Of a stretch of 64,000 nucleotides of DNA, positions 46,801 through 59,460 are shown one piece after another. A model generated the notes under the pieces. That model was not told the DNA's origin and searched no databases. It was given only the letters and a program-made list of their open reading frames with translations. The position numbers were made by a program, and so were the translations under genes. This DNA is from Asterias rubens (taxonomy: Eukaryota): assembly GCF_902459465.1 (NCBI RefSeq), contig NC_047078.1, positions 5,642,001 to 5,706,000 of the forward strand. The letters run 5' to 3'. How positions within the stretch are numbered: the stretch's first letter is position 1; each line of letters starts with the position of its first letter.

Positions 46801-48995
46801 TCGAAACTGCCTGGTTTTCCTTTTACTGTGCGAACTAACACGGCCGGCCATTTATGGGAGTCAAAAATTTGGCTCCCATAAATGGCCGACCGTGTTAGTC
46901 GACGAGGTAAAAGGAAAACCATGCAATTTCGAGGCATGTTTGTGTGGATCATTGTATTCTACTTTTACAACATCTTTCTACTCAATATGCATTTTATAAC
47001 AGACGGTTATAAACACTTTTCAAAGACCAACTCGACCGATCCAAGGTAAAGTGTTCCTTTAAAATAGCTTTATGAAACTGGGCCAAGATTTCCAATAATT
47101 CCAAGCTTACAGGGCACTTTGAAATCAACAGATATTCTTTGAGGATGTTTGTTTGAGTGCAAAGTATTCTGATATATGTAATTTTCATCTGAACTTTTTT
47201 CTCCTAAAAAATCATATAAATTATGATATTCTTTGAGGATGTTTGTTTGAGTGCAAAGTATTCTGATATGAAATTTTCATCTGAACTTTTTTCTCCTAAA
47301 AAATTCTATAAATTTGTTCTGGAAAGGATCGACCTTGACTACATGTATCTAAACAAACATTTTAAAAATAAAAAGAAATAAATTAAATTTTTTGGAACAA
47401 TATTTTGTGGGTTTTTTTCTTTAAATAATTCTCAAAAATGAAGTTGTTTGGGTTCTCCTTTTATAACAACACCCCATCAATCAAACACCCCATCAATCAA
47501 ACATCAATCAAACCCCAAACACCCCATCAATCACAAGTGAGTTAAAGTTCTGCTCATAAGAATTGACAAGACTTTGGAAAGCTTTAGAGCAAATTTCCAA
47601 GATAAATTACCAGTGGCAAGTTGACTTGTGGTATAGATTAAGTCAACTTGATATGGTCACCGTGGTCAAGTGGTTAGACTGCCGGACTTACATTCACAAG
47701 GTTGTGGATTTGAATCCCTAAGCTAACCGCTGATTTCACAATGACTAGTGAATAAATATTTTTGTCTAGTTAATGAATCACAGTTTCTTGATTTGTGTGA
47801 TTCATAATCATAGACGTTAAACCAATGTTTGTATGAGAGATATTGGCTGTTGCCAGCTTGGTGTTTATATCCCCTTGTGGGAGTTTGCCGAGTTCCCTTG
47901 ATGGGAAGATCATTTAAAAAACAAATTTGCCAAGAATTTTTTTCTTGAAAGCAGGAAAAGCAATATTGCACTATTGGAGCTCCATATAGAGAAGTTACAA
48001 ATTTAGATTATTTTTGTTGTGCCCAAGGGGTTCAGTGCATCAGTCTCAAATTCAAGTTGCTAAATCATTAGGGTATGGGTTCATATCCCATCCATGAGTA
48101 AGAGACCTTTAAAGGCACTGGACACTATTGGTAATTACTCAAAATAGTTATTACAATAAAACTTACTTGGTAACGAGTAATGGGGAGAGGTTGATTGACA
48201 ATTATAAAACATTGTGAGAAACGGCTCCCTCAGAAGTAACTAGTTTTCGAGAAAGAAGTAATTTCTCACTGAAATATTTGAACTGTTGAGGTCTCAAAAT
48301 CAAACATCTGAAAACACACATTGTGCGAAAAGGATATTTTTTCGTCCATTATTCTCTCGCAACTTGGACAACCAATTGAGTTCCTCAAAGTTTCACAGGT
48401 TTTTTTATTTTATGCATATATGCTGGGATACACCAAGTGAGAAGACTGGTCTTTGACAATTACCAAAGGCCTTTAACTGTAATGGGAGACTTTCTGGGAC
48501 GATAGAGGGCAGCAGACTTACCGGGTAAATCCATTGTTCTCAGAATTATGCGCATGTTCAGAACTACGTAAACAATGGAAATTTACCCGGTATGTCTGCT
48601 GCCACCTAGTGTTGGAAAGTCTCCTATTGCTTCACATCACCCAGGGGTAAAAGGGTACCTGTGAGGGCAGAGATGTTTCTTGCAATTATTGAAGCTTGGT
48701 GCACTACATACTTGGCAGCACAAGTTGTATACTCCCCAGGGAGCTGAGCTGGTTTAAAGAATGAAATAATGGCCCAGTGACCAGGGGTAATATATAATCA
48801 GATAATGTTTGAAGCGTGATGGTCATTCTTTGTTATTGTGCTTTATAAGAGTCGATATTATATTATTAATGAATACAACTTTTCTCTCTACAGGTAAGAC
48901 GAGCAGCACTGAGACAAAGACTTGACAGAGAATATGCAATGTATGAAGAGGAACTACACGCCAGAGGAAAGGCTTTTTACTTCAAGCGAGAATGA
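43857..48995 (+). CDS. CFAP141: Cilia- and flagella-associated protein 141 (C1orf189 family), 122 aa, 4 exons
   Basis: Exons 43857-43952, 45364-45404, 46205-46334, 48894-48995 (369 nt, phases 0/2/0). C-terminus VRRAALRQRLDREYAMYEEELHARGKAFYFKRE resembles the CFAP141 C-terminus (VRQAAL...ELNQMGKAFY). The first two exons rest on splice signals and phase only. Confidence 0.85.
44205..44764. mobile_element. Foldback-type element with CACTTCGTACC subrepeats in long TIRs, in CFAP141 intron 1
   Basis: Many CACTTCGTACC / GGTACGAAGTG subrepeats at both ends; ACGAAAA(A)GA on both flanks, a possible 9-bp duplication. Confidence 0.65.
45625..46090 (-). mobile_element. L2-clade LINE C-terminal fragment in CFAP141 intron 2
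   Basis: ISPILKQLHWLPISQRIIFKLMLIVHKA..GKAPHYISELL and, in another frame, WGDRSCSSAAPRIWNSLP; frameshifted. Confidence 0.85.
46381..46510. mobile_element. Small palindromic MITE (GGGTCGATTTCACAAA termini, CWG flanks); copies at 49764-49897 and about 59090-59138
   Basis: Near-perfect foldback; three copies in the window. Confidence 0.75.
46672..47062. mobile_element. Kolobok-like MITE family B
   Basis: TIRs and TTAA flanks. Confidence 0.85.
47131..47310. repeat. Tandem duplication, 2 x about 90 bp, in CFAP141 intron 3
   Basis: GATATTCTTTGAGGATGTTTG..CTCCTAAAAAAT occurs twice. Confidence 0.85.
48109..48476. mobile_element. Kolobok-like MITE family A
   Basis: TTAA flanks, family body. Confidence 0.8.
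48484..48625. mobile_element. 142-bp MITE with AT duplication (ISL2EU-like) carrying CTCF-like motifs in both arms; copies at 49916-50057 and about 37620-37755
   Basis: RGGAGACTTT termini; arms contain CTAGGTGGCAGCA and ATAGAGGGCAGCA. Confidence 0.75.
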
Positions 48996-49752
48996 ACATC
49001 ACCTCTAACAAATCCTCCATCTTTTACAAGAAACTGGACTTTAACTTATGTCTTATTTTGTTTGGTTTAATAACTTGGATTATTTTGCACCAAAATCACA
49101 TTGTTGCAATTAAGTTACTTACTATTATTGAACCACAACTGTCAATAACTATAGAAAAACAAAAACCAAATTTTTGAAGGAGATGTTTTATTCATATTAC
49201 CTGGCTCTCACGTTTCCTAAAATGATTACTCGGCTGTCAAAACTTTTTACAATTTTGACCACTCGGCTGCTACTCTCATATCCCCTCAGCCAAAACATTT
49301 GTTGGGGGTTTCGATTTTGTTTGGAGAGAGAGAGAGAGGGATCACCTTTACATCACACGGCAAGAAGGCCACTTCATTACTCTATGTTCAAAGTGAGGGC
49401 TACACTTAACGGACTGGGGCTAAATCAACTGCAAACAGGGGCACGTTGCCTCCTACTCCAGGAGCTGAAATAATGTTACCCTCTTCACAGTCAGTAGACT
49501 AGGAGCCTGACTGGTACAAAATCCAAGTGTTATGATGCGAAACGTGCCATGCTTGTGTTTTCTAGGATCAGACTTTAAATAACTGGTGATCAATAACCTG
49601 TCATTTCTTTATAAACACCTGATAATTGTTTTCTTTAAAACCAACTCGGTGTCAAAGTGCAAACTTTCCATAAATGCTATTCTGATGTTGTGCTAATTGC
49701 TTGAGATGGATCTGCAGTGGGCCTTCGATATAACAAGATCTCTGGGACTGGT

Positions 49753-50422
49753 TTAAGGCACTGGGGTCGATTTCACAAACAGTTAGGACTAGTCCTATAA
49801 GAGATATCAAAAACGTACAGCTAGTCTTAAGTTAGGAATAGTAACTCGTCCTAACTCGAGATAAGACTAGTCCTAACTCCCTTTGTGAAATCCACCCCAG
49901 GACACCTTTGGTAATAGGAGACTTTCCAACGCTAGGTGGCAGCAGACATACCGGGTAAATTTCCATTGTTTACGTAGTTCTGAACATGCGCATAATTCTG
50001 AGAACAATGGATTTACCCGGTAAGTCTGCTGCCCTCTATCGTCCCAGAAAGTCTCCCATTGTTAAAGACCAGTTCTCTCATCACTTGGTGAATCTCAAGA
50101 TATGCATAAAATAACAAACCTGTAAAAATTGGAACTCGGTTGGTCTGTCGAAGTTGCGAGAAAATAATGAAAGAAAAATTTACTCTTGTTGCACAATTTG
50201 TGTGCTTTCAGATTCCTTGAATTCCAGACCTCAGCTGAGGTCTTTTATTCAAGTCAAATATTCAAGTGAGAAATTACTTTTTTCCCCAAAAAATACGCTT
50301 CTTCAGAGGGAGCTGTTTCTCACAATGTTTTTTTTTTGTTTATTATCAACAGCTCTACGTTGCATTAAGTTTTTATGGTAATTATTGTGAGTAATTACCA
50401 AAAGTGTCCACACTGCCTTTAA
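49753..50422. mobile_element. Family A MITE with two different MITEs nested in its left TIR (49764-49897 and 49916-50057)
   Basis: Host TIR GGCACTGGACACCTTTGGTAATTGT can be rebuilt after removing the inserts at CWG and AT sites. Confidence 0.8.
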
Positions 50423-51006
50423 ATGACCTCTTTATAAGAGGGACAGCAGAACAAATAACCACAAAGCAGAAATGAGATTCAAGACTTCAGAGTGTACTGT
50501 TTATTTGTAAGCAGAACTTCTTTATAATAACAGTGCTTGTTATAATGAGGGTTGACTGTACATTATCGTCGATCCTATGTAAATAATTATTTCCAGAGGT
50601 GAACTTCCAACGAGAAAATGCTGTGCCCGCATTTTGATTTGTTGTTATTCTTTTATGAGAGTATGGAGAAGAGATAAATGTATTATTGAATTGAATTGAA
50701 TTGAACCTAAACAGCAGTATTGTATTTCAAAACATTGTTATTGAATGTAAATAAAGTAGAAAATATAAACACAAAAGTTAAATGCGTTGCCCACATGTAT
50801 TGGCTTGAAACAGGCGTCTTTGTAGTTCATAAGTCTCCCCGTGCGATTTCCCGGCTACACATTTAAGTTTATGTTAATTCCATGTAAAGGATGACACTGT
50901 TTGTAAATTCATAATTTTCTGAATTAGTTAAGATTTTATGGCAAGGACGCTCTATGAAGTGACTTTGCCCTATAAACCCCTACCCATGATGCTGGTACCA
51001 TTTGAA

Positions 51007-51370
51007 GGAAGGCACTAAAAACTAACCTCTACAGCGGTTCGGAACATTCCGGCACGGTTCGCGACGATCCCCCACGCAGCAGGTTTGGGGAGTTGTCACA
51101 TAAGAGTGGACTAACCAATAGGACCTGGTTGTTAATGATTTCATGTCTAAAAGATGCAAGTACTGCTTCAGACCTCTTTATTCAAGTACATTTGTAGCAA
51201 CAGGTTTGGGGAGTTGTTACATAAGAGTGGACTAACCACTAGGACCTGGTTGTTAATATTTTCATGTCTAAAAGATGCAAGCATATGCAAAATGACGTCA
51301 TAAGGTCATTCTCGCTCGGGTATTCTCCGATGGGCCGAACCGCTGTGGAGTTTAGTATTTAGTGCCTTCC
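51007..51370. mobile_element. MULE/MuDR-like MITE
   Basis: About 36-bp TIR GGAAGGCACTAA..CAGCGGTTCGG; perfect 9-bp duplication CCATTTGAA; internal ~120-bp tandem duplication. Confidence 0.8.
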
Positions 51371-51885
51371 CCATTTGAATGGGGGGACATTAATTTTTCT
51401 AGGCAATAGTAATCATTCTTGACAATAGTCGTAATTCATTCATTCATTCAATATTGGTTTATTCTCTAAAACAAATTCCCATGGCGACTGGAGGTCGAAT
51501 TACAGGAAAATATACAAAGATTAAAATTAGAAAAAAATCACACTATTACAAATTTAAGAAAAAATTTGTTATGGAGGAGAGACAAATATTTATAATGTAA
51601 AAAACAAATTGTTTTAAAAGTTGCGAAACGGTAGCCGGATAAAAATATTGCAGGCATAGTCCAGTGAATTTTCAATGCCATCACTATTTCAAAAAACGCA
51701 TAAAAATGCATTAAAAAAATGACATTGAAGCCGAGGCTACAAGTAGAAGGAGCTATGACTTGAAATCAAGTCTAGCTCCTTCTTTCAAGTATGAGATAAC
51801 GGTTTGTATGTATCAGCCACGCAAAACTCTCACACCAGATTAGCATATTAAAATTGTGAACATAAGGGGAGTGACGGAAGTTAGT

Positions 51886-51900
51886 CCACAAGAGGGCGCT
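51886..51900 (+). promoter_or_regulatory. CTCF-consensus-like motif CCACAAGAGGGCGCT between CFAP141 and GT92
   Basis: Motif match only. Confidence 0.4.
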
Positions 51901-52129
51901 ATTTCTGGCATTAATGTGTGGGTAGCAATTTTTGTCTGAAGGATTGCCATCCTCAAAAATTTCCTCACTTTTTTAAATCGATTTAGAGAACAATAATACC
52001 CCCATTGAAAAGCAATACGACAGTGGCAATTTTGATGAACATACAAAGAAATTGGTATCACAGACTATAAAGCCACGGCCACTGAAGTCTCAGACTTGGA
52101 ACCATGTCGAATAAGGAGCAAGGATTATA

Positions 52130-52403
52130 GGGTGCGTTCGTTTAGCTTCCCTGGGTCTACCCCGCGGGTGAGCCCCTGACAAGAACTAATCGAACGATCA
52201 CTTGCCACCTCGTGGCATGGTGACTGCACGCCCCCCCCCCTCTCCCCCCACCCCCCCCCCCTCTCCCCCACCCCCCCCCCCCCCCCCAAGTGACCCACTC
52301 CATAAGCAGGGCACTGGGGCTGACCGGGGTGAGCCCCGTCAAAGCTATTCGAACGAACCGCGGCAGACCGGGGTCGACCCAGGGAAGCTAAACGAACGCA
52401 CCC
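52130..52403. mobile_element. Harbinger-group MITE (ATA duplication); related copy at about 23344-23590
   Basis: TIR GGGTGCGTTCGTTTAGCTTCCCTGGGTC. Confidence 0.8.
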
Positions 52404-55400
52404 ATAATTTTCACCTCTGAGATCATGCTGGCTGAGATCGAGCTGTTATATGCTGGTTGTCCTGCTTGAGAAGGCTAAGCCAGCGCCGTTACGTAACAAC
52501 ACAATAGACGCGTACGATAGAAAAACCACTAACTGGAATTCCGCTTTAATCCAAGCCTCTTAATCATCTCCCCATTTGTACATCGTCACACCCATAGAGA
52601 AAGGACTGAATATTTTGACCAATGTTATGGTTACAAAAAGCGCGTGCCACAAAAATAAAGGATACTATTTTGGATGTTGCCAAAACACCTTAGCAATACA
52701 AGATTAGGACGATCAAAGTGACCATACTGGTATCCATTAATTAGATTCGAGACATAAAGCAAGCGTTTTTGGTGAAGCTGTTGCTTGCTGCTGTGTTCCT
52801 GTAGAACGAGATCCACGGACCAGGGAGCAGGGAGCAGGCTGAAGTAAGATATCGACCGTCTCTAGTGACGACGTGACTACTGGTCCAAGAGAGAAGACAT
52901 GCTTGATCGGTAAGTGATACGCACAGTACAGTCGTGGGTGGAGGGGAACTATGGTAATTGCCAAAGACAAGTCTTCTCACTATTTATAGAATATTCTACC
53001 TCCATTATATGGTGTATCTCAACATTATGCAATGACATACCTGTGAAAATTTGAGCTTATTATTTGGTCGTCGAATGTAACTTTCTTCCCCCATTTTTGG
53101 CATGGTCGAAGTTGCGAGAGAAAAATGGCAGCAAATCACCCTTGTCGCACAAATCGTGTGCTTTCATCATGCTTGAATTCGAGACCTCTGCCATTTCATG
53201 TTCGAGAGGAAAGGTTGTGGGTTCGAAGCCTACCCGAGTGAACCCATTAATGCACATCACAATGACTAAAATAAGTATTGGCGTCTATATAGATGCATGA
53301 GTGATCACAATTTTCGTTGTAATGAGAGAGATTGGGTCTCGCGAGCTTGGCGTGTAATGTCCCTTGTGGTATTTTGCGTAATTCCCAGGGAAGGTACACT
53401 ATAATGTCAAAGACCAGTATTCTCACTTGGTGTATCCCAATATCAGCATAAATATAAATAACAAAGACGGTGAAAATTTGAGCTCAATTGGTCATTGAAG
53501 TTGCGAGGATGAGAGAAAAACACCCTTGTTGGACAAATTTCCACAGGTTTGTTATTTTGTGCGTATGTTGAGATACATCAAGTGAGAAGACTGGTCTTTT
53601 GACATTATTACCAATAGCGTCCAAATATTGATTGACTATACGTAACTGGTTTTAAAGAGAAGGTACACGTTTGGTAATTACTTAAGACAAATATTAACTT
53701 AAAAACTGACTTGGTAACGAGCATTGTAGAGCTGTTGATAGTATAAAACATTGTTGGAAACGACTCCCTCTGAAGTAACGTAGTTTTTGATAAAGAGGTA
53801 TTTCCCACTAAAATAATAAAACACTTCTAGCTAGAAGTCTTTTATTCCTATCTGAAAGCACACAAATTCGTCCAACAAGGGTGTTTTTTTTGTCATCATT
53901 TTCTCGCAACTTCGATGACCAATTAATCCCAAATTTTCACAGGCTTGTTATTTTATGCTTATGATGGGATACACCAAGTGAGAACACTGGTCGTTGACAA
54001 TTACCAGACGTGTACACTGCCTTTAACGAATTCTGCTGTTAATGGTTCAGTGCTTGTTTATGGCCCCCTTTTCCCGCCTGTCAATTGTTTTGAAATTGCA
54101 TGTGTTGCGGTCGTTGGCATGCACTTTGTTTGAAGCATATTTATTTAACTGACTCTATTCTCAAGCAATGCAATGCAAACAACCAGGCCATGTAGGCCTA
54201 CAGTTTCTAGCAAACACACGAAGCTCACTTCCTCATGGTAGCCATGGCAAACAACAGTAATTGTCCAATATCATCAAGTATGTAAGCAAAATGTGTTTCT
54301 GATGCTTACGGAACAAACATTCGAGATGTGTGTTTTTCAAACTGTTTTTCAAATACAGATAAACCATAACCAGTTTGTTTTATTTTAGATGGATACAATT
54401 TTAGCACAAAAAAAACCAAAAAAAAATCTAAGCGAATGAAAATTTGCTTAGCCTACCCGCTTGAGGCTAATAGCAGCCAAAGTAGCATGATTCCACATGT
54501 ACCATTTTTTATGACTTTCTGTTCCCTGCTAATTTTCGCTCAGCAGATTTAATGCAAATGGCCCAGATGAATGACAAACACGCGCTGCGTGGTAAATCTA
54601 TTCTTTCTTGAAATACACGATGTTTAGGCTGAAAAAAAGGAAGGCTATCCCTTTTGTACTGAAAAGAAAAAGGACATAAAAATTCTTGGCGAAGAGCACC
54701 GGAGCGCCGCTGTATCTTTACGGGATAAACGAGAGGACATTTTCACCCCAAATTGTTGGATCTAAAAAGGGCTTCATCAAGCACGAGGCCTTTCTTAGCC
54801 ACCTTTAAGCAAACTATGCCACAATGGTCTTTTTTCTTTCGGCGTCTTCTCTGACCTCGATGACCAATTTAGTGTAAATTTTCACAGGCGTGTTACTTCT
54901 TGTCTGCATAATATGATATTATAACACCAATTGAGAATACTGATTTGACAACACCAAGAAAGGTATACCCTGCCTTTAAAGTCACTGGACTACATGTAGT
55001 TTGGTAATCATCATACACAAGTTTTCTGCTTTGTGTATCCCAACAAGGACAACATAACAAATCTGTGAACATTTGGACTGTATTGGTCATCGAAGTTACG
55101 AGAGCACAATGAAAGAAAAACACCATATGAGAAATAATACCCCGGTTTCAAAAACTACGTCACTCAGAGGAGCCGTTTCTTACAATGTGTTATAAGCCTA
55201 TACTATCAACAGATCCCCATTGCTTGTTACCAAGTAAATTGTTTTATGCTATAACAAATAATGTTGTGACTACAAAATAGTGTCCATTAGTGCAATTAAG
55301 CATTGTATTTATACAGCACAACACTTTGCTTTGGCCTTTTTTTCTGGTACATTAATTTTGGGACTTGATTGTTATGTTTGTCAACAGTCATTTGTGATTG

Positions 55401-56025
55401 CAAGGTCAGTTATGCTCTTCGGGCTCCTTTTCAGCTTTCCCTTCCCTTTTTTCTAAAGTGTTAATAATACTCTCTTATAACACTTGACTGATTCCAACAA
55501 AAAAGGGTTTTGGGTCTGCTACTTTTTGTAACACAAAACACAATATCCACAGACTTACATTAATCTCACACAGTTTGAAGATAATGATAGTAGAAAGCTG
55601 TCCTTACTTGCTGAGATGCTGTAGTTTTTGAGAAACGAGTAAAACAATGTCACCTCAGCAAGTAATATTTTAAGGGAAACTTTCTATCATCATTATTTTC
55701 AAACTGTTTGAGTTTAATATAAATCTGGGGACACTGAGTAACTCGCAACTTCGACTACCAATAATTGAGCTCAAATGTTCACAGGTTTGTTATTTATGCA
55801 TAATGTTGAGAGACACCAAGTGAGAAGACTCGTGTATTACCGATAGTGTCCAGTGTCTTTTAATCTGTGAGTATTTACAATTGGAATTCTACTTCTGCAA
55901 GCAGTGTAAACAAAAAACAATAAAAAACGAGCACAAAATCTGAAAAAAACTCAGTGTTTTCGTGAGGCTTGCTTTGTTCTCAGATCAGTGGTTCAAATTA
56001 ATGCGTTGAGGCTTTTTTTAATAAC

Positions 56026-56418
56026 TTAAAGACACTGGACACTATTGGTAATTGTAAAAGACCAGTCTTCTCACTTGGTGTATCTCAACAGATGCATAAA
56101 ATAACAGACCTGTGAACATTTTGAGCTCAATTGGTCGTCGAAGTTGCGAGATAATAATGAAAGAAAAAAACACTCTTGTCACACGAAGTTGTGTGCTTTC
56201 AGATGCTTGATTTCGAGACCTCGTTTTCTAAACTTGAGGTCTTGAAATCAAATTCGTGGAAAATTACTTCTCTCTCGAAACTACTCCACTTCAGAGGGTA
56301 CCGTTTCTCAAAATGTTTTAGACCACCAAAATCAACCTCTCCCCATTACTCGTTACCAAGTAAGGTTTTCTGCTAATAATTTTTTTGAGTAATTACCAAT
56401 AGTGTCCACTGCCTTTAA
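56026..56418. mobile_element. Kolobok-like MITE family A (near-consensus)
   Basis: TTAA-AGACACTGGACACTATTGGTAATT ... AATTACCAATAGTGTCCACTGCCT-TTAA. Further partial copies at about 21550-21891, 52960-53600, 54978-55290, 55740-55863 and 58211-58412. Confidence 0.85.
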
Positions 56419-57300
56419 TGATTGGAATTCAAAGTAATTGATGTGCACTAATTGCGTTTTACAAATGGGTACGTTTTCTGGTTACACACGAATTAAGCCC
56501 CTACAAGTTCTGACACCCCTAAAAGTGTATTTTCATAACCCTCACCCTACCCCTAATCTTGTTTTTGTTTGTGATGATACAGTGCATTTTCTCGTCTTCG
56601 CAACCAACAAGGACAACAATTGATAGAATGGACAACCTCAGGGGTTTTTACGGAACATTGGTACGGGGTGTCGGATTTTTAGAGCAGTGACCCTTTTTTT
56701 CTTCTCGACTCCTAACAATGTACATTCCCTCCGGTTGGTTGTTTTGTCTGGTGAACAGTTCCGTCTCCGTAATCCTGAATGTACCAGAATTAGGCTATGT
56801 TCTGCTTTGTTGTGAGTGAGAAAAAAATATATTAGCAGTTGCCCAGTCATGCTTCATGGAGGAACTTCCTCTATGTGCTTACAAACCAAAAAGGACTGAT
56901 GGTAAAAATGCAGAACTTATTGTAGGTAAAGTACACGTTTGGTAGTTACTCAAAACAAATATTAACTTAAAAACTGACTTGGTAACGAGCATTGGAGAGC
57001 TGTTGATAGTATAACACATTGTGGGAAACGGCTCCCTCTGAAGTAACGTAGTTTTTGAGATAGAGGTAATTTCTCACTCAAATAATAAAAGACTTCTAGC
57101 TAGAAGTCTTTTATTCTTATCTGAAAGCACACAAATTCGTCCAACAAGGGTGTTTTTTTTCTTTCATCATTTTTTGCAACTCCGATGACCAATTGAGCCC
57201 AAATTTTCAAAGGCTTGTTTATGCTTATGATGGGATACACCAATGTGGACACTAGTCTTTGACAATTACCAAACGTGTACCTTCCCTTTTCGACTATGTA

Positions 57301-57733
57301 CCGTGTGTCTAAAAAAAAAAACTATACACTTTTGAAATGGCTGCGGCCTGCCGAATAAAAAACATATGATTCTGGGGAAAAAATATTTATGGGTAGTTTA
57401 TGGATTCAAGTTTTATATGACACCAACAAGTCCGAAAGTCATGCTTGGATGAGCACTACTCACTGAAGAATAAGTAGCCGACATCTTGGAGTGAATTTTG
57501 TAAGCTCCAAATGACATACCCGAATTAGAAGGCTATTTCCTGCGTAACCTAATTTTCATACCCTTTACAAAAGTTAGCAGTGCTCACTCAATCATAAATT
57601 ATTTTCAGACTTGTCCTATGAAAGTTGAGCCCATAAGCTATCCATACATTATAAACCTTTTCCCCCAGAATCATTTCTTTTTATTTATTCGGCATCCATT
57701 TCAAAAGTGTATAGTTGTTTTTGAGACACCCTT
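57301..57733. mobile_element. Tc1/mariner-like MITE
   Basis: TA flanks; TIR ..GTGTCTAAAAAAAAAACTATACACTTTTGAAATGG / CCATTTCAAAAGTGTATAGTTGTTTTTGAGACAC. Confidence 0.6.
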
Positions 57734-58084
57734 TACAGTAGAGTCTTTCTCGAAAGCTAAATAGCAGAACATAACAAACATAAACAAGTAGACCTAACTA
57801 CGGGTAAGCAGTGAAGTGTGTGACATACAGGGAAACCAAGGCCCAACTTGGACTATAAGGGTAAACACCTGAGAGATCTTGTTATTTATTCGGCATCCAT
57901 TTCAAAAGTGTATACACTGTAGTTGTTTTTGAGACACCCTTTACAGTAGAGTCTTTCTCGAAGGCTAGATGGCAGAACATAACAAACATAAACAAGTAGA
58001 CCTAACTAAGGGTAAGCAGTGAAGTGTGTGATATACAGGGAAACCAAGGCCCAACTTAGGCTATAAGGGTAAACACCTGAGAGA
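57682..58084. repeat. Tandem duplication, 2 x about 200 bp, including the right TIR of the Tc1-like MITE
   Basis: TTATTTATTCGGCATCC..AAACACCTGAGAGA occurs twice. Confidence 0.9.
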
Positions 58085-59194
58085 GCTGACGATAACACTC
58101 GTGGGGTCGACAGTGTTTTAGACCTCGTACATCTTGGATAACGTTAAATTGAACATGCACACACACGCTGTCAAAGTTTTGTCGATCATGAAATACACTT
58201 TTGCTTGGGCTTAAAGGCAGTGTGGACACTATTGGTGATTACTCAAAATAATTATCAGCGTAAAACCTTACTTGGTAACGAGTAATGGGGAGAGGTTAAA
58301 ACATCGCGAGAACCGGCTCCCTCTGATGTGACGTAGTTTTCGAGATGGAAGTTATTTTCCACGAGTTACATCAAGTGAGAAGAGTGGTCTTTGACAATTA
58401 CCAATAGTGTCCATGTGTAACAACTGGGTACATTTTCAGTTACACGCGTATTCGTCCTTCCTATACGTTCCGACACCCGAATATAATAACGTTCTGACAC
58501 CCCTAAAGTGTATTCTAACCCTATACCCTACCCCTAATCCTATTTTTTGCTATAATGATACATGGCATTTTCCGTCTTCGGCAACCAAGGACGACAATAG
58601 ATGAAACCACCAGCGTGTCAAACCCCAGGGGTTTCGCTGAGCATAAGGGCATTTAATAGAGCAGTGGCCAATCTCGCTAACAATGTTAGTTCCCTCTAGG
58701 TTAATTGTTTTGTGTGGCCAAAAGTTCCCTCACCATAATCCCGAATAAGAAGGCCTAATACTTCACCGAGGCAACGGAGGCCCCCTGGTCATTGCCTTGG
58801 TGCCCTTGAAATGCTCCAGTATGAATTTACAATATTTCCTCATTTATAGGGTGCCCTTTACCAAGGAGAAAATAATGCCCATGGTGCCCTTGTCCTTTTA
58901 AAAACGAAGCATACAGGCCTGAGAAGCCTTGTTCCCATTGGACCATTTCTTGCGCAGGGTGATTTCCACCGTGCGTTCCCAAGTTTGCATATCGTTTTAC
59001 AGCGTGGTCGAAGTAGGTTTACATCACGGAGCTGTTCCCATAGGAGATATTTTAATATCTCCTATGGAAAAAAAAATTAAGGGAAGTCCCAAGTTACTCA
59101 AGATAAGACTAGTCTTAACTCTTTGTGAAATCCGCCCATGATAAGTTTACCATGGCTCATCTGCGACCTATTTCGGCTTATCTCGGTCGTTGTA

Positions 59195-59460
59195 AATTAA
59201 TAGGGAGGTCAGTTTATCCCATGCCAGGATAGCCCCCCATTGAATTTAATTTTGTTAAATCTACTGAAAAGTTGCGGTACCTTAAAAAAAAGTCCAATGG
59301 AAAAACGGCTTATTAAAAGTTTTACACCACGGTCGCGGTAAGTTGGCAGGATGGTCAGTTTACCATGCATCCCCATTGGATTTAATTTTGTTAATTCTAC
59401 AGAAAAGTCGCGGTACTTTAACAACAAAAAATCCTATTGAAACACGGCTTAAAAGTTCCC
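59195..59460. repeat. Diverged tandem duplication, 2 x about 145 bp, just upstream of the GT92 exon
   Basis: GGTCAGTTTA..CCCCATTG.ATTTAATTTTGTTAA.TCTAC.GAAAAGT.GCGGTAC occurs twice. Confidence 0.75.
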
